Below, in pieces: positions 20,366-29,067 of a DNA stretch of 64,000 bases. Below the pieces are notes generated by a model that saw only the letters and a program-made list of their open reading frames with translations, was not told where the DNA came from and ran no database searches. This stretch comes from a virus: the IMG/VR virus record IMGVR_UViG_3300024261_000015, positions 18,711 through 82,710 of that record. The stretch is one strand, 5' to 3'. Position 1 is the stretch's first letter. Each line of letters opens with the position of its first letter. Position numbers and translations under genes: made by a program.

Positions 20366-20856
20366 TACAATCAAATAATCTAGAGCGTTTAATGATTGTT
20401 TCGGGGGTCTCGGACGCAGGTATCTTGTACCGTTCTACTTGGGGTGCTAATGGAGGCTCTCTTGGAGCCTCCGCTGCCCCCACTAATTTAACATTTCCTG
20501 GATTGGATAGTAGCAAGGACCATTTACAGGCAACCGCGCCCGCACGCTCTTCATTTATCGCTATAACTAATAATGATATAACAAAGCGTATCGTATTAAG
20601 CATGGTTGAGGTGGGGTGGAACAATGGGGGGGTCTCGAACCCTAAAGCCATGTTCGGCACACTCGCTGAGGAAGACTCAACATCTGATTTGATTATATGG
20701 ATGTGCGACTTTATTAGCGGTAATTACGCTGTAACTACTCCTATTACATTAGCCCCTGGAAAAGATTTGATTCACTATAACGTTAGAGGTCCAGGCCAGG
20801 GTAACTCAACCGAGCCAGTTTTCTTGAAACTTTTTTACCATTTAGTGGACGCTTAG
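20362..20856 (+). CDS. hypothetical, possibly virion protein; paralog of previous ORF
   Basis: same shared motifs as 19892..20365. Confidence 0.6.
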   Translation: MIQSNNLERLMIVSGVSDAGILYRSTWGANGGSLGASAAPTNLTFPGLDSSKDHLQATAPARSSFIAITNNDITKRIVLSMVEVGWNNGGVSNPKAMFGTLAEEDSTSDLIIWMCDFISGNYAVTTPITLAPGKDLIHYNVRGPGQGNSTEPVFLKLFYHLVDA

Positions 20857-20869
20857 ACTATAATAGTGC

Positions 20870-21103
20870 ATGGACACACTAATTCAAGCTGATTATTTTG
20901 CAGAGGTAACTGACGAGAAAATCGCAGGTACTATTATTATTAGGCGCGACACTGCGGTAGCCGTCTACTCGGTCCCAGGTAATTCTAGGCGGTCAATGAT
21001 TCTTACGGAGCAAGGACTTAAATTCTGCCTTAAAGGACGACCTGAGGTTTTTATGAATCCAGACAACATGGAACCTAGAATTCCTGAACTTCTTGTTGAT
21101 TGA
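20870..21103 (+). CDS. hypothetical protein
   Basis: ATG 12 nt after the start of a CTATAA motif. Confidence 0.6.
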   Translation: MDTLIQADYFAEVTDEKIAGTIIIRRDTAVAVYSVPGNSRRSMILTEQGLKFCLKGRPEVFMNPDNMEPRIPELLVD

Positions 21104-21118
21104 GGCATTAAGTAATGC

Positions 21119-21195
21119 GGGACGGTAGCCCAATCGGTAGAGGCAACAGACTTAAAATCTGTTAAGTGCGGGTTCGAATCCCGCTCGTCCTACCA
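21119..21195 (+). tRNA. tRNA-Leu(TAA), short variable loop
   Basis: GGGACGG acceptor; ACAGA-CTTAAAA-TCTGT anticodon arm; GGTTCGAATCC; encoded CCA. Confidence 0.92.
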
Positions 21196-21211
21196 CACAC
21201 TCACTATTAAT

Positions 21212-21520
21212 ATGAAAGAATATAAACCACTTCCCCATTACGTAACGATAAGAGAATCTGAGGTTAGCCCAGGCTCTTTCGGTATCTATACTACGAGGGA
21301 CATTATCCCAAATACTATTATAGGTGTTACGCATCACACGATAGACCATAATGATTTTGAGGGGAATCATGAGTCCGAGGTTATTAGGACTCCTCTCGGA
21401 GGGTTCTGTCAAATATTTGAACATCACAACTGCACTCACGTACTGGATAATGGCGTAGGCAAGCTCGTAACCTTGCGAGCAATTCTTTCTGGTGAGGAAC
21501 TTTCTTCAGATTTTGGTTAA
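21212..21520 (+). CDS. SET-domain protein (degenerate)
   Basis: TIRES...GIYTTRDI; RTPLGGF; LRAILSGEELSSDF; the NHS motif is not conserved. Confidence 0.7.
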   Translation: MKEYKPLPHYVTIRESEVSPGSFGIYTTRDIIPNTIIGVTHHTIDHNDFEGNHESEVIRTPLGGFCQIFEHHNCTHVLDNGVGKLVTLRAILSGEELSSDFG

Positions 21521-21550
21521 ACAATCGCGCAAAATTTTCTATAATACATT

Positions 21551-21778
21551 ATGAACACTACATCAACATCTGAAAAATATCTGGCTCAAATGCTGGAAGG
21601 TTACGAGAACGGCATCCAAGGGGTGGACAACTACATTTCTGAAACTCAAACTGCGCTTGATAAAGCAAAGGAGCAGAAACAAGAAATGCTGGATTCCATC
21701 GAGGAGATTAGGGCAGAGCTTGGTCTCGAAGATGAGATTGCTGAACCTGCCGAAGTTGAAATCTTGAACGAGGCATAA
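21551..21778 (+). CDS. small acidic coiled-coil protein
   Basis: heptad pattern; own promoter motif and terminator. Confidence 0.65.
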   Translation: MNTTSTSEKYLAQMLEGYENGIQGVDNYISETQTALDKAKEQKQEMLDSIEEIRAELGLEDEIAEPAEVEILNEA

Positions 21779-21794
21779 AACTTTCTTTAAATTT

Positions 21795-21834
21795 AAGAAC
21801 CCCTTGAAGCCTTTGGCCCGAGGGGTTCTTTTTT
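21795..21834 (+). terminator. intrinsic terminator
   Basis: AAGAACCCCTTG...CGAGGGGTTCTTTTTT. Confidence 0.8.
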
Positions 21835-21846
21835 ACCTATATAAGT

Positions 21847-22441
21847 TTAGTAAAAGTCAAGTATGGGAAACTTAGTAAAAGTCAAGTCCTATAGGTGCTC
21901 TTACTATACCCATACCCCCCCACAAGGAAAAGTCAAACAATCATGCCCCTACGAACAGGTAAAAGTCAAGAGGACGTGTCCTCTAATATAAGCAAGCTAA
22001 GCGATGAGGGCTATCCTCAGAAGCAAGCTGTCGCTATCTCACTCGATAAAGCGGGGAAGGGCAAGAAGAGGAAGCGTATGAAGAAAGTCAACGAGACAGG
22101 CTTTGTAGTTCAAGGTGCCCCAGCTTCCGAGTTTGGTAGGACTTTTGATAATGCCTGGAAACCTGATTTGACGGTGGGATTTGGTGGAAAGTCAAAAGTC
22201 AAACCCCCCCGCTCAGACAAACCTGAACGGCGGGATTCAACTCACTCAAACCACAAATCTAGTTCGCACAAACCAAAAATGACGAAGGTATAAGCGTGAA
22301 AGTCAAAAACCACTCTTGACGCATCACCTTTATGTTATACCTTGCCTCCATATTATATTATAGTCCATGCGGCTACAATCATGTTCCTGATTACCTAGAT
22401 ACTTATAACCATCATGCGATGGTGTAATTAGAAAAGTCAAA
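21847..22441 (+). repeat. cluster of about 9 AAAGTCAA motifs
   Basis: TTAGTAAAAGTCAAGT direct repeat at 21847 and 21872; further copies near 21928, 21961, 22084, 22188, 22195, 22298, 22432. Confidence 0.75.
21943..22293 (+). CDS. basic phage protein (MPL..GKSQ...NI..L..EG.PQKQAVAI family)
   Basis: N-terminal motif common in small phage proteins. Confidence 0.6.
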   Translation: MPLRTGKSQEDVSSNISKLSDEGYPQKQAVAISLDKAGKGKKRKRMKKVNETGFVVQGAPASEFGRTFDNAWKPDLTVGFGGKSKVKPPRSDKPERRDSTHSNHKSSSHKPKMTKV

Positions 22442-22442
22442 G

Positions 22443-22862
22443 ATGGAACGCAAAAACTACATTGTTAAGTTAAAGATGTCCGAAGAGGAATTGTCGTGTT
22501 TCAGGAACCTGGAACCTCTTCTTAATCTTTCTATGTCTCCGAACGAGTCAAACCTCATTTCCAGGTTGCTAGGTTATGAGGACAGTCACGACCTAACCAA
22601 AAAAGGGTATAAATCTAATAGATTTTTACGACAGGCTTTTCAAGTACTCGCATTTCTGTATATAACAAGAGAAGATAGTGGAACCTTTATTGATTTTTGG
22701 GATAGGTTAATCTTCACAGACAAAGAGGTTGAGAGTAAAGTACGCAGAACTTTCAATATTGTTGATAGTAGGGAAACACTTTCGTCTTCGCAGCTTGAGT
22801 TAATGTGGTTGTTAGATACGGATAAGGACGAACTGGACACTACGGATTCTGATTCCGAGTAA
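22443..22862 (+). CDS. hypothetical protein
   Basis: 139-aa ORF; no recognised motif. Confidence 0.55.
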   Translation: MERKNYIVKLKMSEEELSCFRNLEPLLNLSMSPNESNLISRLLGYEDSHDLTKKGYKSNRFLRQAFQVLAFLYITREDSGTFIDFWDRLIFTDKEVESKVRRTFNIVDSRETLSSSQLELMWLLDTDKDELDTTDSDSE

Positions 22863-22896
22863 ACACAAAGTACAGTTTGTCGCAGAGCCTATATGC

Positions 22897-22929
22897 GCCC
22901 TAAGTCCTTGCTGTGTAACGACTTAGGGC
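22897..22929. repeat. palindromic 13-7-13 site (outlying copy of the array site)
   Basis: GCCCTAAGTCCTT-GCTGTGT-AACGACTTAGGGC. Confidence 0.85.
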
Positions 22930-22967
22930 AAATGTTCGTTTTTACTCGATTTCTTACACCTAGGCTA

Positions 22968-22995
22968 TTGACATTGGAGGAGATTATGTTAAAAT
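22968..22995 (+). promoter_or_regulatory. sigma70-type promoter of the MoxR operon
   Basis: TTGACA-N16-TAAAAT with TG extended -10. Confidence 0.7.
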
Positions 22996-23054
22996 GGGGG
23001 TCGTTCGGGAGAAGTCCCGTCCGTTTAACTATACTTTAACCATAGGACTTACTA

Positions 23055-23864
23055 ATGTTCGTAATTGACGAAACTAAAAAAGAAATGCTTTCGACTCTAA
23101 TTGAGTCGGGCAAAAACTGTTTACTTACAGGGGCAACAGGGTGTGGCAAAACCACACTTTGCCTGGAAGTAGCAACCTCACTAGGACTGAATCCAGTTGT
23201 AATTAACATGGGTTCCACACAGGACGCTAGGACTTCTCTTATCGGCTATCATGTTTTGGAGGACGGTACGACCCGATTCCAAACCTCGGACTTTATTAAA
23301 GCCATTCAGACTCCTAATACGCTCATTATTCTTGATGAACTTTCCAGGGCTTCGGATGATGCGTTTAATATCATTTTTCCATTGTTGGATTTCCGTAGGG
23401 ACATTCGTGTTGAGGAACTTGGTGGTTCTGGGGAAACCATTACGGTAGAACCCTCGGTGCGTTTCGTTGCTACTGCAAATATCGGGCTGGACTATTCTTC
23501 TGCGCGTTCACTAGACCGTGCTTTGAAGGACCGTTTTATTCCTTTTCACCTTGATTACATTAAGGGAAAGGAACTTTCCAAGTACATTACTCATCTTTTC
23601 GGGGGTGAGGTTTCTAAGAAATCGAAGCCTCTTGTTCAGGTTTATGATTACTCTCACCAACAGTACAAGGATAGCAAAATCTCTTCGCAGATTTCAACTC
23701 GTATGGTTTTGGAGTGCGTTCCTCTTATGGATAAGTTCTCTCTCAAAGACATTCTTAACAATGTCCTGCTTTCTATGTACGAGGAAGATTCTTGCAGCGT
23801 TATCAATGATGCTAACATCATTCGTGAGTATGCCGATTCGCTTGGTATGTTTGAGGTAAACTGA
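23055..23864 (+). CDS. MoxR/CbbQ/CobS-like AAA+ ATPase
   Basis: GATGCGKT; IILDELSRA; FVATAN; LDRALKDRF; ISTR. Confidence 0.9.
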   Translation: MFVIDETKKEMLSTLIESGKNCLLTGATGCGKTTLCLEVATSLGLNPVVINMGSTQDARTSLIGYHVLEDGTTRFQTSDFIKAIQTPNTLIILDELSRASDDAFNIIFPLLDFRRDIRVEELGGSGETITVEPSVRFVATANIGLDYSSARSLDRALKDRFIPFHLDYIKGKELSKYITHLFGGEVSKKSKPLVQVYDYSHQQYKDSKISSQISTRMVLECVPLMDKFSLKDILNNVLLSMYEEDSCSVINDANIIREYADSLGMFEVN

Positions 23865-23866
23865 TA

Positions 23867-25177
23867 ATGGAAGAGCCTACCATAGATGCCGAATACATGA
23901 ATCGGTGGTTAGGTGAAGGTAGCCAAATTGAAAGCCTTGCACCTAAAACTCTGTATGATGTGCAGACACTTATTGAATATTACCGAGACATTATTGTTCC
24001 TGATAAAAAGGTTTCTATCGCTTTCCCTACCAATGCAACCGAATCTCCAAGAGCGTGTGTATCAAGGGGGGAAGTGATAATCCCTTTTAATCTTTTGCAA
24101 GTGGGTCGAGTAGATGAAACTATTGGTGCAATGATACATGAGTTGCATCATATTAAACTTACTCCTAGCGAGAAGTTCTACCATAAATTGTCATTTCAAT
24201 TCCTCAGAACATTGATGGAGCAGATTGATTGTTATGGGCTAACCCTAGCAGAAAGAGTGTTTACCGATTCTTCTATTACTATGGACAAGATTCTAGGTAA
24301 TGAGGCGTGTGGAGCAGACATCTCATTTATTCGCAAAGTGTTAGGCGATTTGTTGTTTTTAATCAATGCAGTAGAGGATGTTAGAATTGACGCTAACACC
24401 CCTCCAAACCTTAGAAAGTATATCGACAAGATAGACAAGAAGGGTGAGGCACAACTACTTGAAGCGATTAAAAATGGTAGTTTCTCTAACGAAAGTAGGG
24501 ATTTAGTTTCTATTGGGTATATGATTCTTATGCACCATAAAGGTATGCACAAGTTTCCGTACATCGAAAGTACTTATGGGGACACTCAAGGTATTATTGA
24601 TGCAGATGCTCTTTCTTATCCGACTGGGTTGTTTACTGCCTACAAAGAGGAAATAGCTTCTCACATTTATGAGGAGTACATTAAACATTGCGGTATGCCT
24701 CCTGATGCGAAGCAATCTCAAAATGGTGACGATTCTGAGTTTGATATTAATGGTTACTTTGGCGGCAAGGTTAATCATAGTATTGGGGATTCTCTAGATG
24801 AGCAACTAGACAAAACGACTGTTGCGAAACATGAAGAAGCCCAACAAGATGCTGAAAAATCTGCTGTAGACTCGGCTAAAGAACTACTTAAAGACCTTAA
24901 AGTTAATACTAACCAATCAATGGATGCTTCAGGTAAAACTGTTACCTCTATGGACATTTCTCTAAATGAAACTACTGATAGCTCTGAACAGTCTGCTCCG
25001 CAGAATGCACAAGAGCTTAGGGAACTATTAGAGAAAGAGAGAGAAAATGTTGTGATGTCCCCTGGGATGGTGCAACAAATCAAATCATTTAAAAATATTC
25101 GGGTTCATACAGCAACCGAATCATTTTCTGACCGTACTGTAACTTTCGATACTGTAATCTTTGACGCAACAAACTAA
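23867..25177 (+). CDS. CobT-like N-terminal metallopeptidase-type domain protein
   Basis: IHELHHI and INAVEDVRID motifs; acidic linker. Confidence 0.65.
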   Translation: MEEPTIDAEYMNRWLGEGSQIESLAPKTLYDVQTLIEYYRDIIVPDKKVSIAFPTNATESPRACVSRGEVIIPFNLLQVGRVDETIGAMIHELHHIKLTPSEKFYHKLSFQFLRTLMEQIDCYGLTLAERVFTDSSITMDKILGNEACGADISFIRKVLGDLLFLINAVEDVRIDANTPPNLRKYIDKIDKKGEAQLLEAIKNGSFSNESRDLVSIGYMILMHHKGMHKFPYIESTYGDTQGIIDADALSYPTGLFTAYKEEIASHIYEEYIKHCGMPPDAKQSQNGDDSEFDINGYFGGKVNHSIGDSLDEQLDKTTVAKHEEAQQDAEKSAVDSAKELLKDLKVNTNQSMDASGKTVTSMDISLNETTDSSEQSAPQNAQELRELLEKERENVVMSPGMVQQIKSFKNIRVHTATESFSDRTVTFDTVIFDATN

Positions 25178-25181
25178 AACC

Positions 25182-25958
25182 ATGACTTCACCTAAACTAT
25201 ACCACATTAAACATCCTCTCTCTAACAATGATTTGCCTGAGCAAACACTTGCTACTTTTACTGACCAAGATGTTGCTGATTACAAAGCAGAGTTCAAGGT
25301 TTATCAATCAGCACAAAATGATTGTGTTCGTGACCTAAACAGTCTTATTGATACCTGTCGTAACGATTTAGCTACTATCTTTGGTTCGTCTAGTGAGTGC
25401 AAGCAAGTTAAGTACTTTGACCGCATGGTTCGTTCTGGAGAAACTGTAACGGATGTTCATGCAATGTCGTATGCTCGACCTGAAACTGTGAAAATGCGTG
25501 TTGAGGAAGCGCGGAAAAAGTATTCTGCTTTTATGGGTTCTGCCAATACTCCTAAAGTAAGCGGAGACGATTCACTTAAAGAAATTAACAATGCAGTTTC
25601 TTTCCTTATGGGTAAGGGCATGACTCTAAACAGCGATTTTACTATCTCCAATGCTGTAAGTATGGCAAAGGCTTCCTTCCAGCAAGACCTTAACGATAAC
25701 CTTATCCAATCTAAGGATGCAGATGGTTGGTCTGGTTTAACTAATAATATCATTATGTCTTCCGATGGTGCGGTATTTCCTACCTCCTCATTCGCGTATA
25801 CAGGTTGTGGAGTAAATGAGCTTAACTTTAAGGCGATTGATATTAATTTAGATACGGATACCCTAAGCTCTTCTATACGGAAGGTAATTGAAAAAGGTAC
25901 TATTACTTACGACATTTCTTTCTCCCAGTCACAAACCCCTACCTTGGTGATTCTCTAA
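25182..25958 (+). CDS. hypothetical protein between the HExxH and vWA genes
   Basis: coupled ORF; no recognised motif. Confidence 0.6.
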   Translation: MTSPKLYHIKHPLSNNDLPEQTLATFTDQDVADYKAEFKVYQSAQNDCVRDLNSLIDTCRNDLATIFGSSSECKQVKYFDRMVRSGETVTDVHAMSYARPETVKMRVEEARKKYSAFMGSANTPKVSGDDSLKEINNAVSFLMGKGMTLNSDFTISNAVSMAKASFQQDLNDNLIQSKDADGWSGLTNNIIMSSDGAVFPTSSFAYTGCGVNELNFKAIDINLDTDTLSSSIRKVIEKGTITYDISFSQSQTPTLVIL

Positions 25959-26869
25959 TGCCCGAAACGACAGGTTTGGCTTTCTCCGAAAAGCCTTTGT
26001 ATGAACCAGAGAGGTATTCAGCTTCTTTAGCGGAGAATACTATCTCTATGAGAAATGAACTTTATGAAAAGTTTAAGAGGCATATCACTTTGTTGCTTGA
26101 GCAGAATAAGACTCGTAAGGTAGCATCTAGGAAAGGGTACTTGAACCCTCGCTCTTTGCATAAGTATCAGTATGCGGATAACATCTTTCAGAAAACCATT
26201 CGTTCTATATCAGCAGACACTACTATTGTGTTTCTCATTGATGGTTCAGGTAGTATGAGTAATACTATTGATACAAGTGTAGGTAAGCTAACTTACATTA
26301 ATGTATGTACGGCGGTAGCATCTGCATTTGCGAAGGCTAATGCAACTGTCTTGAAGGGTAAGATTCCTATTGAGGTTTTTATTAAGTCTGCTCCTACAGT
26401 TCATGGTACTTCGCTTACAGGAACTAAGAATGGCGGAATGGCTGTTCTTTCCAGAGTGTTTACTTCGTCTAAGCGCGATAACAACTATGACCGTTTGTTG
26501 AAGGTAGGTACTAACTCTCCTATTATTTTTAAGTCTGGTAGTTATGATGGAAGTTACACTTGCGAGTATGCCGTTCTCCCTGCATTGCAGAAATGGATTG
26601 CAAAGAATGTAAAAACTAAAAAGTGTATTGTGTTTAACCTTACTGATGGTGAAGCATACTGCTCTTTGGGCGTGACTGATTACCAATTCAGAAGCGAAGA
26701 TACCAAAGCTATGCGTATGAAGTACCTTAGAGGGATTCCTAATCTTACACTTATGCTAGGTGCTGAAGGGGATGAGCGTAAGAAGGATATTTATGGGGAG
26801 AATATGCTTTGTGCAGAAGAGGACTTTTCTGGTGCATTGTTCCGAGCGTTTGCGGGGTTTTTGTCCTGA
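25958..26869 (+). CDS. von Willebrand A (CobT C-terminal-like) protein
   Basis: G.LN.R.L; MIDAS FLIDGSGSM; LTDGE. Confidence 0.85.
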   Translation: MPETTGLAFSEKPLYEPERYSASLAENTISMRNELYEKFKRHITLLLEQNKTRKVASRKGYLNPRSLHKYQYADNIFQKTIRSISADTTIVFLIDGSGSMSNTIDTSVGKLTYINVCTAVASAFAKANATVLKGKIPIEVFIKSAPTVHGTSLTGTKNGGMAVLSRVFTSSKRDNNYDRLLKVGTNSPIIFKSGSYDGSYTCEYAVLPALQKWIAKNVKTKKCIVFNLTDGEAYCSLGVTDYQFRSEDTKAMRMKYLRGIPNLTLMLGAEGDERKKDIYGENMLCAEEDFSGALFRAFAGFLS

Positions 26870-27453
26870 TGCTTACTAATGACCAATGGTTTAAAATCCA
26901 TAAAAAGTATAAGCGTTTGATGTATGCGGTATCGCATAAGATTGGAGGGGATAAGGTTGCACATGATTTTGATGACAGTAACCAAGAACTTGCAATTACA
27001 GCTATGGACGCTTGCGATGCCTTTGCTCGAAAGACGGGACAGGACTTCGATACCTATTTTGGTACTACGCCTTTTGATAAATACATTAAAACCTGTCTGT
27101 GGAATAAGAAGAACAATGTTGGAACCAAGATTAAGAAGAAATACGAAATCAGACGATGCGTTTCTCTTTCATCTAACCCCGAAATGTTCTCTACTGAAAC
27201 AGGCAATGTGTATGCAAGTGCTAACCTTGAACAAGAGCCAACCTCTATTTCAGCATTTGATGACGCTAACCTAGACACTACATCCCAGGCAATTGCCGAT
27301 GCTGTAATATCTGACATGAGAATCATTAAACCTGATGGCACTCTAAACATTTCTAAACTTTCACGAATCACTAACAAACCAAAAAATGAAGTTCGTAACG
27401 CCATCGAGAAGATGAAGTACGACTTACGGGACTACAACAATGAAACAAACTAA
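26869..27453 (+). CDS. RNA polymerase sigma-factor-like protein
   Basis: region-2-like YKRLMYAVSHK..DDSNQEL..FDKYIKTCLWN; C-terminal HTH NISKLSRIT..PKNEVRNAI. Confidence 0.65.
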   Translation: MLTNDQWFKIHKKYKRLMYAVSHKIGGDKVAHDFDDSNQELAITAMDACDAFARKTGQDFDTYFGTTPFDKYIKTCLWNKKNNVGTKIKKKYEIRRCVSLSSNPEMFSTETGNVYASANLEQEPTSISAFDDANLDTTSQAIADAVISDMRIIKPDGTLNISKLSRITNKPKNEVRNAIEKMKYDLRDYNNETN

Positions 27454-28234
27454 TAAACTTCCGCGTCAAGTGGGTTACTCCTTACTTAAATCACTTTACC
27501 TTGCATCTACTTCTTTGCTGGCGGCAAATAGCCTCTCGGATAGTAGGTATAATAATAAACATAAGAAAGCAATGATTTCGAGGAACTCTACTCTGTTTCT
27601 TGAAAGAGATATTGACGCTATGAAATCCATTACTACCTTTTACCAACAGACAATGGAGAAATTGCAAGAGGGAAACCCTCTACCTACAGGCTCATTCATT
27701 ACTGTTGCCAAGCACCATATCCCCAATCTAAAGTATGTGTCTACAGATACTTCTGTTGGTATTGTCCTTACTACTGCAATGCTTAAAAGGATTCTTGAAT
27801 TGTCCACAACCGTAGGGTATGATGTTAAAGGACATACGATAGCAGATAGAGGTATTTTGTATAGTTGTGAGGCTATACAATACACTTCAGATATGCAGCA
27901 TCCCTCAGTTGCTTTTTTGAAGATTCTCGATACCATTCGTTACTTTGAGGAGATAGATTCTGTGATTATGGAGATTTCTCTGGATGGGATTCACAATGAT
28001 TATGAATCATCTCTAGGGGCTTCCAGGGGTTACTATCATAATACCAGAGCGCAGAATAGCCAGAAAGCTAAGAGTGTATTCCCAATGATTTCTGACCGTT
28101 ACCAACATGATAGTTGGTTACATTACCTATCCACTCTGTATAGTGGAATTGTTGAACCTGATACTATCTGTGCTATCAATACTGAGTTACCTATGACTGT
28201 TATGCTGGCTGAACTAAAGGGTGTAAGCGCATGA
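27440..28234 (+). CDS. hypothetical protein
   Basis: 264-aa coupled ORF. Confidence 0.6.
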   Translation: MKQTNKLPRQVGYSLLKSLYLASTSLLAANSLSDSRYNNKHKKAMISRNSTLFLERDIDAMKSITTFYQQTMEKLQEGNPLPTGSFITVAKHHIPNLKYVSTDTSVGIVLTTAMLKRILELSTTVGYDVKGHTIADRGILYSCEAIQYTSDMQHPSVAFLKILDTIRYFEEIDSVIMEISLDGIHNDYESSLGASRGYYHNTRAQNSQKAKSVFPMISDRYQHDSWLHYLSTLYSGIVEPDTICAINTELPMTVMLAELKGVSA

Positions 28235-28560
28235 GAGTTAGGTACACAGAAAAAGAGGTTTTAGAAAACCCTATGAAGCATATTAGAGGTTATTGCAGGT
28301 ACAAGTCCTTTACATTGAAAGGTAATGAGACGGACTCGCGCTTTGAAGCACACAGCGAAGTTTATGGGAAAATACACCTTGCTGTAAGGTGGGGTATATC
28401 GCGGTACGCTAAACTCCCAGCTAACAGTACTAATATTTTTGATACCAAGCGATTCGTACTAGACCTTTGGAATGGCGAAATCGTTTGGCAGAACTTTGAT
28501 AAAACTAACCCCCATACCTATAAGTTTAAAGGTATAGGTAACAACTACAAAACCTACTAA
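28231..28560 (+). CDS. hypothetical protein
   Basis: ATGA overlap with upstream ORF. Confidence 0.55.
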   Translation: MRVRYTEKEVLENPMKHIRGYCRYKSFTLKGNETDSRFEAHSEVYGKIHLAVRWGISRYAKLPANSTNIFDTKRFVLDLWNGEIVWQNFDKTNPHTYKFKGIGNNYKTY

Positions 28561-28829
28561 TGAAAAAATATATCGTATTTAAGAAAGTCCTAGCCCATGA
28601 ACTCATACTTGTAAAAGGAGAAACGCCCGCAAATGCCGTTGAGAATGTAATCGAAGGAAAAGAAATTATAACTAAATCCCCTTTAGAATGGGAAGAAGAT
28701 TGCGACCCATACACATGGTTGGTGGAACCCATAGACGCTACTGACGAAGAGTTGGAAGAATTACGAAAGAGTAAAAACTCCGCATCTTATATTTTTACAG
28801 ACTACGATTCTTCTAAGGAGATTGACTGA
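28560..28829 (+). CDS. hypothetical protein
   Basis: TAATG coupling. Confidence 0.55.
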   Translation: MKKYIVFKKVLAHELILVKGETPANAVENVIEGKEIITKSPLEWEEDCDPYTWLVEPIDATDEELEELRKSKNSASYIFTDYDSSKEID

Positions 28830-29056
28830 TGCTAGAAAATAACGAAATTAGAGGTAATGTTGAGATTACACTTACACCCGATGAGTTCCAAGGCATTCAG
28901 TACGCCTTAAGAAGCGTTGTAAGGCACGAAGGCACAGACTCCAGTAAACACTACTCCCATATTAGAAATGCGTCAGGAGTGCTGCAAAGAGCCGTAGAGG
29001 AAGAAGATACAGAGAGAATTAATTCATTTTACGACAGTACTTACGGTAAAAAATAA
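28829..29056 (+). CDS. hypothetical protein
   Basis: TGATG coupling; AAGGAG RBS. Confidence 0.55.
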   Translation: MLENNEIRGNVEITLTPDEFQGIQYALRSVVRHEGTDSSKHYSHIRNASGVLQRAVEEEDTERINSFYDSTYGKK

Positions 29057-29067
29057 CTATAATACTT

